From IMG/VR virus record IMGVR_UViG_3300029940_000031: a DNA stretch of 64,000 bases; one strand, written 5' to 3'. Positions 1 through 7,692 of this stretch are shown here, piece by piece. The DNA comes from a virus. The position numbers were made by a program, and so were the translations under genes. How positions within the stretch are numbered: the first letter of the stretch is position 1; every line of letters begins with the position of its first letter. The notes beneath the pieces were generated by a model that was not told where the DNA came from, made no database searches, and saw nothing but the letters and a program-made list of their open reading frames with translations.

Positions 1-2
1 GG

Positions 3-122
3 AAAATAAGTCAGGTTGTAGGAGGAGCAACTTTTAACTCACTGTTAATCTTTAGTATTATATTTATGATTATGAAAACTGGATTTACATACTTCTTAGA
101 AATAGAAAAAAGGCAGAAATAA
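3..122 (+). CDS. 3' end of a membrane protein gene truncated by the window edge
   Basis: Frame open from base 3 to TAA 120-122; hydrophobic tail FNSLLIFSIIFMIMKTGF; hairpin 162-192 plus T-run follows. Confidence 0.3.
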   Translation, partial: KISQVVGGATFNSLLIFSIIFMIMKTGFTYFLEIEKRQK

Positions 123-304
123 TTAAAGGTAGTGTTTAGTGACAATAAAATTGTTTAAAAAGATGGTATGGAATTTAGATTCTCATACCATCTTTTGTTA
201 CTTCTCTGTATAATAAAAAATGAATATTTCAAGCTAACGAATTAGCAGTTTGCTATTTAATTTATATGAGTCGTGCATATTCTGCGGGGCTTTTTTTCAT
301 AAAG

Positions 305-395
305 AAAAGACACCCAAAGGTGCCTTCCTCCGACTTGAACCACTTTAATTTTAATAATATGTTGGACGCCAATCCAAATATTATTTTACCATGTT
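305..395. repeat. Dispersed repeat, copy e1 (full length)
   Basis: AAAAGACACCC-AAA-GGTGCC hairpin, then CTTCCTCCGACTTGAACC, then ATTGGACGCCAAT dyad and TTTACCATGTT; near-identical to 1215-1309. Confidence 0.85.
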
Positions 396-424
396 AATAA
401 ATATTGGTCATTGAGAAATGACAG

Positions 425-1135
425 TTAGTGTTTTTTTACATCCGGTTTCTTTTGTTTTAAAAATGAAATTAGTACGTATGCATTTTTAGAATCATCATAA
501 GAAAAATGGCATATAACTTCTTCTGCGTAAAGGTCCCATTTAAAGGATTTACCTTTACCCCCGGATCCAGGGGCGCCATTACCTTTGTCTCCATCAAATG
601 CAGCAACAACTTCATCATATGTCATGTACTGTTTCAATGAATTATATGACTTGAGTTTATCATAATAATTTTTATTACCTTTAAACTCTTCGAGTTCCTT
701 GATTTTATCGTTTAGTTCTTTTTCTTTTCTTGTGTTATCGGAAATAATTCTATCTACTTCTTCTTCGGAAAAAGTTTTACTTCCAGTTGTGGTATTCGCT
801 CCTTGAATGTTTGGTGCTATCAATGCCATTCCAAAGAATAAGCTGATTGATACTAAAAATGTTAGACCAGTAACAATAAAAGTCTTTTTAATAGGCTTTT
901 TATTTATTAATTTAACAAGCGCAATAATAAAAGTAACGATGGTAACCAGTACGAATAAATAGAAAAACCATACTAATGTCTTAGTGAAAGAATAGGTAAG
1001 TATATCAGGATGATCGTATTCCAGTTCAGATACGATCGTGAATATGGTGAAAAATGTAATAACGAAAAATACTATAATCCCCGTAATTATAGTTACCAGT
1101 GATTGTTTTCTTGTCAGGTTCATAAGTATCTTCAT
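425..1135 (-). CDS. Membrane protein, hydrophobic N-terminal half plus soluble C-terminal domain
   Basis: ORF 425-1159; its first 24 nt lie in a leader conserved upstream of two other genes, so ATG 1135 (MKILMNL) or 1123 is preferred; several predicted TM helices. Confidence 0.6.
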   Translation of the reverse strand: MKILMNLTRKQSLVTIITGIIVFFVITFFTIFTIVSELEYDHPDILTYSFTKTLVWFFYLFVLVTIVTFIIALVKLINKKPIKKTFIVTGLTFLVSISLFFGMALIAPNIQGANTTTGSKTFSEEEVDRIISDNTRKEKELNDKIKELEEFKGNKNYYDKLKSYNSLKQYMTYDEVVAAFDGDKGNGAPGSGGKGKSFKWDLYAEEVICHFSYDDSKNAYVLISFLKQKKPDVKKH

Positions 1136-1143
1136 CACTCCAA

Positions 1144-1207
1144 ATGTAAGATTTCTCAACCAAGCATAACAAATTCAGTTACAACTATATTGTCAGATTA
1201 TGTCGAA
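1144..1207 (-). promoter_or_regulatory. Conserved promoter/leader, copy 1 of 3
   Basis: Minus-strand TTCGACA-N5-TGACAATATA ... TGTTATGCT (extended -10-like) ... AGAAATCTTACAT; same block at 2938-3000 and 3633-3694. Confidence 0.55.
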
Positions 1208-1214
1208 AGGTAAG

Positions 1215-1309
1215 AAAAAAGACACCCTAAGGTGCCTTCCTCCGACTTGAACCATCTTAATTTTAATAATATGTATTGGACGCCAATCCAAATGTTATTT
1301 TACCATGTT
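1215..1309. repeat. Dispersed repeat, copy e2 (full length)
   Basis: AAAAAAGACACCC-TAA-GGTGCCTTCCTCCGACTTGAACC...ATTGGACGCCAATCCAAAT...TTTACCATGTT; on the minus strand the hairpin plus T-run terminates the FRG gene. Confidence 0.85.
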
Positions 1310-1351
1310 TAGTTGTTTCACACATTGAGAAATGTTATTCGAATCTATATT

Positions 1352-2521
1352 TTATTGAAATTTACTTGTTATGTATTTCGCTATATTGTCATAATCTCCA
1401 TAAATAAATTTACCATTAATCCCTATAAAATTAAGTTCATCAAGAATTTTTTCTTTATTGTTAATGACAACTACTTTATCGGGCACAATTCTTTGTATAC
1501 CTTCAATATAAGGATTATTTATAAATTGACCACTCTGAAGATAATTTTGATATATAAATAATCCTTGTTGGTTACGTCCCCTTTCAAAAGTCAATATAGG
1601 AGCATATTTAAAATTAGGAAGTATATTTAACCATGCGTTCTTATTCCCTGGTCTGTAATGTATGCTATGTAATACTTCTTGTAGATAGACAGTGTAGATG
1701 AATATTGTCCAAGAAGGATTTTGTATCTTTTCACTTAGGTTTTTAAATTTCTTTAATTCTAACAACTTCATACAAGGTTCAAAGAATGCCATTTCATATA
1801 GACCTTCATCGTAAGGAGGAAACTTATTTACATCTATGATTGGCATTTCTGATGATATAAAGAAAGATTCAATCTGTTCATGAAGATCAGCATTTTGTTT
1901 TTTTAAGCAATCATAAAATATTTCAGGATGTTCGGTTTCGAATCTTAAAAACGCACCATACATATCTAAGAATATATCGTCATTATTAGATGCAAATATT
2001 TCTAATATATTCGCATCTTCAAATTTAGTTAAAATGTTTGTAATATCAATAAATTTATCTTTAAACAAATATACGAATCCTCTTTCTTCATCTAGCTGTT
2101 CTTCATTTGTATCTTTCGGATTTTTATAATCTTGACACGCGAAATATAAGGCTACTAGGGGTGAGGTAGTTACATCAATAAGGTTTGTTGGAATCCCATG
2201 ATGTTGAGAAAAAGCCGAAAAATGAGTACGTTCATCAGGTGTTAATTTGTACCAAACTTCTTTTTTAAACTCTTTTTGCATATTAAGAAAGGTATTTGCG
2301 TTTTTAGTTCCTTGTTCTGATCTATAACCAGGGGGTGTTGTATTTCTTAATCCTGAAGAGAAAGTTTCATGATAATTGGTTGGCTCTCCTCTAAATAAAT
2401 AATTTGTAAATTCCCCACTAGAGAATAAATCTATATACTCAGCTAAGTTCTTTATTTTAGTTACAGCAGGTGTATGAAGACCTGTTGTTTCACGGTGCAA
2501 ATATTGATTTGTATTTGTCAT
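1352..2521 (-). CDS. FRG-domain protein
   Basis: Motifs YLFRGEPTNY and HHGIPTNLIDVTTSPLVALYFAC match the FRG domain signature as I recall it; ATG 2521 preceded by GGAGG; upstream part of ORF 1352-2596 overlaps a terminator. Confidence 0.7.
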   Translation of the reverse strand: MTNTNQYLHRETTGLHTPAVTKIKNLAEYIDLFSSGEFTNYLFRGEPTNYHETFSSGLRNTTPPGYRSEQGTKNANTFLNMQKEFKKEVWYKLTPDERTHFSAFSQHHGIPTNLIDVTTSPLVALYFACQDYKNPKDTNEEQLDEERGFVYLFKDKFIDITNILTKFEDANILEIFASNNDDIFLDMYGAFLRFETEHPEIFYDCLKKQNADLHEQIESFFISSEMPIIDVNKFPPYDEGLYEMAFFEPCMKLLELKKFKNLSEKIQNPSWTIFIYTVYLQEVLHSIHYRPGNKNAWLNILPNFKYAPILTFERGRNQQGLFIYQNYLQSGQFINNPYIEGIQRIVPDKVVVINNKEKILDELNFIGINGKFIYGDYDNIAKYITSKFQ

Positions 2522-2573
2522 GATAACCTCCAAAATCAAAATAATAAAAGCACTCTTCTGAGTGCCTAGACAA

Positions 2574-2918
2574 TTAATTCTTAGATAGATCCACACCGTC
2601 TGTTTTGTTTCCTAGTGTTGTAGCAGCAGGTTCATTTTGCATTGCCTTCAACATATTAGGATCAATATTAACTTGAACAGTGTTAACGTTATTTACATTG
2701 TTTGTTCCAGCAGTACGGGCCGCAAATAATGCATTCTTGTAATCCACACGTCCGCTTAATAAGAATAAATCAATAAACCATAGAATCCCTAATCCTCCGC
2801 AAGTCAGAAGATTCAAGATACCCATGCCAATATCCCCAACATAAAATCTTCCTGCACCTAAGAATCCAAGGAAAATATGTAATAAATACGCTATACCTTT
2901 AGATTTCATCTTTTTCAC
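2574..2918 (-). CDS. TM2-domain membrane protein
   Basis: GAGRFYVGDIGMGILNLLTCGGLGILWFIDLFLL is a typical TM2 two-helix motif; own terminator (GCACTC-AGAA-GAGTGC + T-run, minus strand) at about 2540-2565. Confidence 0.7.
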   Translation of the reverse strand: MKKMKSKGIAYLLHIFLGFLGAGRFYVGDIGMGILNLLTCGGLGILWFIDLFLLSGRVDYKNALFAARTAGTNNVNNVNTVQVNIDPNMLKAMQNEPAATTLGNKTDGVDLSKN

Positions 2919-2937
2919 TCCGTCCTAAAAATATAAA

Positions 2938-3000
2938 ATGTAAGATTTCTAGAACATCATAACAGAAACAGTTACAACTATATTGTCATATTTTGTCGAA
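2938..3000 (-). promoter_or_regulatory. Conserved promoter/leader, copy 2 of 3
   Basis: Same block as 1144-1207, with TGTTATGAT extended -10-like element, upstream of the TM2 gene. Confidence 0.55.
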
Positions 3001-3042
3001 TGTAAAATAAAAAAGCACTCATAAGAGTGCTTTTCCATAAAT

Positions 3043-3606
3043 CTAATGTTTTTTACTAGATTTTTTATGTCCTTTATTTCGTTCACAAGCTACACCATCG
3101 CCATCACGATCTAAATGCGAAGCATAAGCTGGGCTATCTGGAGTTATATCATAGTAACCAGCATTATTTGCATCTGTACAGTTTGCAAAGTGAACTTTCT
3201 CTTGTTTAGGTGCAGCTTGTTGCTGAGGTGCTGTATTAGCTGCAGTTTTTTGTTGTTCCTGTTCTTTTGCTTGAGCTGCTTCTTGTTGTTTCTTTTGTTC
3301 TTCCTGTTGTCTTTGAGCCTCTTCTTGTTTGCGTTGTTCATCTAATCGCTTTTGTTCTTCAGCCTTTTTTTGTTCCTCAGCTTGCTTTTGCTCTTCAGCC
3401 TTTTTCTGTTCTTCTAACTTCTTTTGTTCCTCAGCTTGCTTTTGTTCTTCGGCCTTTTTCTGTTCTTCTATTTTCTTTTGTTCCTCTTCTTTTTTAGTTT
3501 CTTGTTTTGGTTCTTCTGATGTACTTGCTTTATCATTTGAACCACAAGCAGCCAATCCCATAAGTAACACGCTGCATGTTAAAGCCATTAATAATTTTTT
3601 GCTCAT
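3043..3606 (-). CDS. Lipoprotein with Glu/Lys/Gln repeat linker and C-terminal Excalibur-like Ca-binding motif
   Basis: Lipobox LMGLAACGS; EEQKKAEEQKQ tandem repeats; C-terminal HLDRDGDGVACE matches the Excalibur DxDxDGxxCE motif. Confidence 0.75.
   Translation of the reverse strand: MSKKLLMALTCSVLLMGLAACGSNDKASTSEEPKQETKKEEEQKKIEEQKKAEEQKQAEEQKKLEEQKKAEEQKQAEEQKKAEEQKRLDEQRKQEEAQRQQEEQKKQQEAAQAKEQEQQKTAANTAPQQQAAPKQEKVHFANCTDANNAGYYDITPDSPAYASHLDRDGDGVACERNKGHKKSSKKH
3290..3490. repeat. In-gene tandem repeats encoding (A/L)EEQKK units
   Basis: Repeated ttcagcctttttctgttcttc / ttgttcctcagcttgcttttg units; cause of the spurious antisense and alternate-frame ORFs 3115-3613. Confidence 0.8.
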
Positions 3607-3632
3607 AATTTAATTCCTCCAAGATATATATA

Positions 3633-3694
3633 ATGTAATATTTCTGGACAATCTTATCAAAATAAACATCTATATATTGTCATAATGTGTCGAA
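3633..3694 (-). promoter_or_regulatory. Conserved promoter/leader, copy 3 of 3
   Basis: TTCGACACATTATGACAATATA ... TGATAAGAT ... AGAAATATTACAT upstream of the lipoprotein gene. Confidence 0.5.
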
Positions 3695-3838
3695 TTAAAA
3701 CAAAAAAGAGAGAGCCATAACTCTCAATGGGAAAATGATAAGAATTTACCGATGGATATTAGAGCAATATCCTCTATTTTTTACTAATATTGAATAATGG
3801 GAAATCTTATTTTGATTGAACTTCATTTTTTTAAAAAA

Positions 3839-3894
3839 ACTTATAGTTATAAGTTTATTAAATAAGACTTTTAATTATAAGTGGACTTATAATT
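3839..3894. promoter_or_regulatory. Two palindromic operator-like sites upstream of 3952
   Basis: ACTTATA-GT-TATAAGT (3839-3854) and AATTATAAGT-GG-ACTTATAATT (3873-3894) share the ACTTATA/TATAAGT half-site. Confidence 0.5.
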
Positions 3895-3951
3895 ATTTTG
3901 ATGTTATATTGAAATCAATAAAAGAAAACTTGGAAGTAGGAGGAAGATGAC

Positions 3952-4362
3952 ATGGCAGACACAGTAACAGTAACTTTCGAGCACGCATTGAGAGCAATAA
4001 AAGAAAACCTAGAGGTAGGAAGAGGTTACAAGCAAAAGGATATTCGAGAAGTGTTAGAGAAGAACTTTCCGAATATTAACCCTAATCAGATCTCTGGTCT
4101 TATGACTCGCTTTATCAATAAATCGCTTTTCGATGTAAAGAGAGAAATAGGACATCGTAATACTTACGTCTTTACAGGTGGGAAAGAGATGGCTGGTTTA
4201 GGAAATAATGGAATCACAGTGAGAGACTATGTGAAACATACGCTTCAAACGAGTATCGCAAGCCTAAAGACGATATCATTTGGGGATATCAAAAGTGCGG
4301 AAGACTTCAACTTACTGAAAAATACGGAAGAGAAGTTGCAGGAGATGTTAAAGGAACTGTAA
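3952..4362 (+). CDS. Hypothetical protein, possibly winged-helix DNA binding
   Basis: AGGAGG RBS; 136 aa; the DIREVLEKNF...ISGLMTRFINKSLFDVKRE...YVFTG layout resembles a wHTH; assignment is weak. Confidence 0.55.
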   Translation: MADTVTVTFEHALRAIKENLEVGRGYKQKDIREVLEKNFPNINPNQISGLMTRFINKSLFDVKREIGHRNTYVFTGGKEMAGLGNNGITVRDYVKHTLQTSIASLKTISFGDIKSAEDFNLLKNTEEKLQEMLKEL

Positions 4363-4506
4363 GGCAGAGGTGCATCCTCAACTTTTTCTTGCTACCCCCA
4401 GTGGTAGTAGTTGAAGGAAATCAGAAGCAAATCATTCGAGGTATTTACATTATGATTTGGAAAACGAAAAGATGCGACTTAAAACAAAAACTAGGGGGAA
4501 AATAGA

Positions 4507-5526
4507 ATGGGGCATGAAATAAACTATTGGATTTCAGAAATGAATAAGCAAGGGATTCCAAATCAACATATTGAATTGATGAAAAATAGGGTTCTACAGG
4601 GAGAGTCCGAGTATCGTTTGTATTATGATGAAGTAGGCAAGGATACCAAACCGACTCTTGTTAAAGTTAGTAGGATTAAAGGGATTAATACAGGATGGTG
4701 TACAGAAAACAGAGCAGTTTATGAATTATTTTTTTCTGCTACTGGTGAAATTACAACGAGTGTGCAAAATTTAAATACTTTTCGTATTGAAGCAAACCTT
4801 AATTCGCTTATAGAGTTAGGCCGGGAAGAACAAAATGAATTTTATGCAAACGCTAAAGAAACCCATTTGAGGGACGGTCTTCCTAATTTTAACTATTATC
4901 AAAATGATGAAATTTACTTTTCAGATGCGACGCATAGGACAGTCAGCGCTATAATGTTTGATGCTCCGAAGATGATGGGATATGTTACTAACTATAGGAA
5001 GAATAGTGATAAATACAATAATTATTTAGTACATAAAAATTCTATGCAGAAATGGGAACAGCTAAATGCGGATTTTAAGTGCATTAATATAATTCGTATG
5101 GACAAAGATACGTATGATATATTGAATGGTAAAAAAGACGAGTATAAAATTCAATTGAAAGAGTTTCCTAATAAACAGTTGTATTTCCGTTTTGATACAC
5201 CTATTGTTGAAGTTAATAATCAAAATATGATAGATACAAAGAGAATTGAAGAAGAAAGAGACAGTATAGATGCTTTAATTCAAAAGTTACAACAAATAGA
5301 TGATTATTTATTTGCAAATTCAAAAAAACTAGGGAAATTACCGTTATCATTACGTTTAATGAAGAAAATGAATTTCAACTTGGGATATTTCCTTTTCTAT
5401 GAGTTATATAAAAAAGAAGTGTATTTGGATATAGATGATCCATCTGATGTTATAGGGTGGAAAATACAAAAGAGGATTCTTAACGATGTGATGGTTGACA
5501 ATCAGCCGAAGAAACGGTGGACTTAG
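4507..5526 (+). CDS. Hypothetical protein (339 aa) with a weak ParB/Srx-like D-x-x-HR-x-x-x-A motif
   Basis: GGGGGA RBS; YFSDATHRTVSAIMF loosely resembles the DGxHRxxA motif of ParB-like nuclease folds; 3' end abuts an IS6-type fragment. Confidence 0.55.
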   Translation: MGHEINYWISEMNKQGIPNQHIELMKNRVLQGESEYRLYYDEVGKDTKPTLVKVSRIKGINTGWCTENRAVYELFFSATGEITTSVQNLNTFRIEANLNSLIELGREEQNEFYANAKETHLRDGLPNFNYYQNDEIYFSDATHRTVSAIMFDAPKMMGYVTNYRKNSDKYNNYLVHKNSMQKWEQLNADFKCINIIRMDKDTYDILNGKKDEYKIQLKEFPNKQLYFRFDTPIVEVNNQNMIDTKRIEEERDSIDALIQKLQQIDDYLFANSKKLGKLPLSLRLMKKMNFNLGYFLFYELYKKEVYLDIDDPSDVIGWKIQKRILNDVMVDNQPKKRWT

Positions 5527-5569
5527 TGTTGTTATTATCTTAAAAAATACATTCATTTTTGATAATGCA

Positions 5570-5812
5570 ATGGAACTTTATTGCCGTTCTTGTTCCATGC
5601 TAGGGCTCAAATGTTTTGACACAGCTATATCCATTCTTTCTGGGGTAGAACCCATGCATATGATTAAAAAAGAACAGCTTGATTTACGGGACCAGTCTGT
5701 CCAAAATCAGAAAGAATTCATCCATCAATTGTTTGAACTTGCACCATAAGATACGATTCCGTTAGAGATATATGCGCTTTATTCTCTTTTATTTTATTTT
5801 TGCACCAGGACC
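5570..5812 (+). mobile_element. IS6-family right-end fragment, copy 1 (transposase C-terminus plus terminal IR)
   Basis: Encodes ...MLGLKCFDTAISILSGVEPMHMIKKEQLDLRDQ..., like IS6/IS26/IS257 transposase tails; ends in TTTTGCACCAGGACC, complement of the GGTTCTGNTGCAAA-type IR. Confidence 0.65.
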
Positions 5813-5816
5813 TCCA

Positions 5817-5990
5817 TTCTTACAGGAGTGGAAGCTATGCATATGATTAAAAAAGAGCAGCTTGATTTACGGGATCAGTCTGCTCAAAATCAGGAAGAAT
5901 TCATCCATCGATTGTTTGGGCTTGCAGCATAAGATACGATTCCGGTAGGAATATATGCGCCTTATTCTCTTTTATTTTTGCACCAGAACC
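5817..5990 (+). mobile_element. IS6-family right-end fragment, copy 2 (tandem duplicate)
   Basis: Encodes ...GVEAMHMIKKEQLDLRDQSAQNQEEFIHRLFGLAA*; ends in TTTTGCACCAGAACC (5976-5990); about 90 percent identical to copy 1. Confidence 0.65.
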
Positions 5991-5993
5991 TTA

Positions 5994-6266
5994 TTACTCA
6001 TTGTGCTGTTTGTATCTACGTCTTTCCAATTCTAACGCCTCTTCTTCTGTTAAATCCTTAAACAATTCTCTATATCCTACATTGAACATGTCTTCAAGTT
6101 CCATCATTTTATCTGGTCTAGGATGTTTTTTGCCATTCTCCCAATTACTTACAGTAGTGTGGTTAACATCTAAACGATCCGCTAAAGTATAAATAGTAAA
6201 TCCTGCATCCATGCGATATTTTCTAAGCCTCTTTGGAAGTTTCTTATTTTTTTCCATTAATATCAT
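5994..6266 (-). CDS. XRE-family HTH transcriptional regulator
   Basis: FTIYTLADRLDVNHTTVSNWENGKKHP is a classic Cro/C1-type HTH. Confidence 0.8.
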   Translation of the reverse strand: MILMEKNKKLPKRLRKYRMDAGFTIYTLADRLDVNHTTVSNWENGKKHPRPDKMMELEDMFNVGYRELFKDLTEEEALELERRRYKQHNE

Positions 6267-6376
6267 CCTCTTTATCTAAATTATAGAATTTACCTAAACT
6301 TCTTTTGTAATAAATTAACCTTAACAAGGATAGATTTCCCATCATAATTGACAATTGTATGTTCCATATTTTTACC

Positions 6377-7285
6377 TCACTGTTGATAAATCTCGTACTT
6401 TACCTGCGTCTCCTTCTCTAATTCTTGCTCATCAACACTTTCCTTTTCTAAGTCTTCTAATAAGAAATCTAATTCTACAATTGTAGATAGTGCATTAAAC
6501 AATCTTAGGGCATCTACTTGCTTCCAATTAATTGGATAGTCACGCCCATGTAATACCCAATCTCGATTTATAATTGGTAAACGATTTGAACGCTTATCAA
6601 AGTTGCCAGCTTTAAATACGCTATTTAAAAACTCTGCTACCGAAACATAAAATATTATATAGGTTCTATCAGTTTCTATTTCTTGTTGTACTTGTTTATA
6701 TTGATTTCTTAATGCTGGCTTTCTTTCTCGTTTCTTTTTGTCAGGATTAATATATTTTTGAAACCTTGGTGTTATAAGTATATGGGCAAGATTTTCAATT
6801 ACAATGAATAAATTTGGAATTACAATTAAATAATTTCCCTTCTCATAGTTATCAAAACATTGTGCAAGAAGCTCTCTCCATTGCTCAATTAACCCATTTT
6901 CAAGTATCTGGGTCTTCATATTCTGATATTCTGTTCCACTTGAATAGAAAGTTTGAATTAATAAGTCCAACTTGTTTTGATCGTTGACTTCTGATAATTC
7001 ACTTACTTCATGAAATGACATATGCATTGGAAAAGTCCATCCTTTTTGTCCCAACACCTCGGCTGCCTCTTTCTCTATTAGCCCAAAATCTCCCCAATCT
7101 ATATTTCGCAAAGGTTCTAAGGATTTATTGATTGTCTCTCTTATATCGGCAACCAGTTCTGTAAAACCCTTAAGCACCTCTTGCGTACCCTTTGTTAATT
7201 CAAAAGCAGGGGTAGAATGATTTATTCCTTTATCCCGTTTGTCCAATTCTCCCATAACTTCCTTTTTCTTTGCTTCTATATCCAA
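6377..7285 (-). CDS. Hypothetical protein with a C-terminal HEPN-like Rx4H motif
   Basis: 302 aa; IINRDWVLHGRD contains R-x4-H-G in a helical C-terminal region; TTG 7285 or ATG 7255 start; function inferred only. Confidence 0.55.
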   Translation of the reverse strand: MDIEAKKKEVMGELDKRDKGINHSTPAFELTKGTQEVLKGFTELVADIRETINKSLEPLRNIDWGDFGLIEKEAAEVLGQKGWTFPMHMSFHEVSELSEVNDQNKLDLLIQTFYSSGTEYQNMKTQILENGLIEQWRELLAQCFDNYEKGNYLIVIPNLFIVIENLAHILITPRFQKYINPDKKKRERKPALRNQYKQVQQEIETDRTYIIFYVSVAEFLNSVFKAGNFDKRSNRLPIINRDWVLHGRDYPINWKQVDALRLFNALSTIVELDFLLEDLEKESVDEQELEKETQVKYEIYQQ

Positions 7286-7359
7286 TTTAGTTTTCTCCCA
7301 TCTTTATAGAATTCTTAGTGTTTTCTAGTTTTATAAAAGAGAAGATAACGAGCCTTCTC

Positions 7360-7530
7360 TTAATCTTTTATTCTTGTAAGGTCGTCAATATTTATCCTAA
7401 TCAGTCTTTCAAAATTCTCGTCTACTGCACATATCTCTTCAACTGTGTATATCCCAAAAATCTCTTGAAGTGAACATATGTCATATTTAATATTGAATCT
7501 TATTAAGTTAGGGCTACTTCCATGCTTCAC
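7360..7530 (-). CDS. Small hypothetical protein (56 aa, GTG start)
   Basis: GTG 7530 lies a few nt after the stop of the upstream micro-ORF; open to TAA 7360-7362; below the ORF-track cutoff. Confidence 0.3.
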   Translation of the reverse strand: MKHGSSPNLIRFNIKYDICSLQEIFGIYTVEEICAVDENFERLIRINIDDLTRIKD

Positions 7531-7536
7531 TTCTAA

Positions 7537-7650
7537 TCAATCCATCTCTGCCTCTTCTTTGCTTGCAAACAATTTTTGAATTTCAATTTCTCCTTCTCGT
7601 TTGACTTCAATATTCCCGTATAAATGATAAAAATTTTTATATTTTTTCAT
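7537..7650 (-). CDS. Small hypothetical protein (37 aa)
   Basis: ATG 7650 with AAAGGGGA RBS 8 nt upstream; MKKYKNFYHLYGNIEVKREGEIEIQKLFASKEEAEMD. Confidence 0.4.
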   Translation of the reverse strand: MKKYKNFYHLYGNIEVKREGEIEIQKLFASKEEAEMD

Positions 7651-7692
7651 AGCTATATTCCCCTTTTTGATTATTTTTATAAAATATAGTTT

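Noticed and set aside
305-345. tRNA-like GGTTCAAGTCGGAGG (minus strand) in the dispersed repeats
   Set aside because: It resembles a T-loop, but the flanking bases cannot form a T-stem or an acceptor stem. No cloverleaf could be drawn, and I found no tRNA genes anywhere in the window.
1313-1561. 82-aa plus-strand ORF
   Set aside because: It is antisense to the 3' end of the FRG gene and starts inside dispersed repeat e2. Its composition is AT-codon driven (Ile/Phe/Asn/Lys).
3115-3613. Four ORFs (3115-3345+, 3144-3341-, 3267-3497+, 3329-3613+) overlapping the lipoprotein gene
   Set aside because: They are antisense or alternate-frame readings of the EEQKK tandem-repeat DNA. Their translations are low-complexity Leu/Phe/Cys/Ser and they have no RBS. 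The lipoprotein frame has a lipobox and an Excalibur motif.
5495-5749. 84-aa ORF as an intact gene
   Set aside because: Only its C-terminal ~50 aa resemble an IS6 transposase tail. The N-terminal part is out-of-context read-through. It is treated as a transposase fragment.
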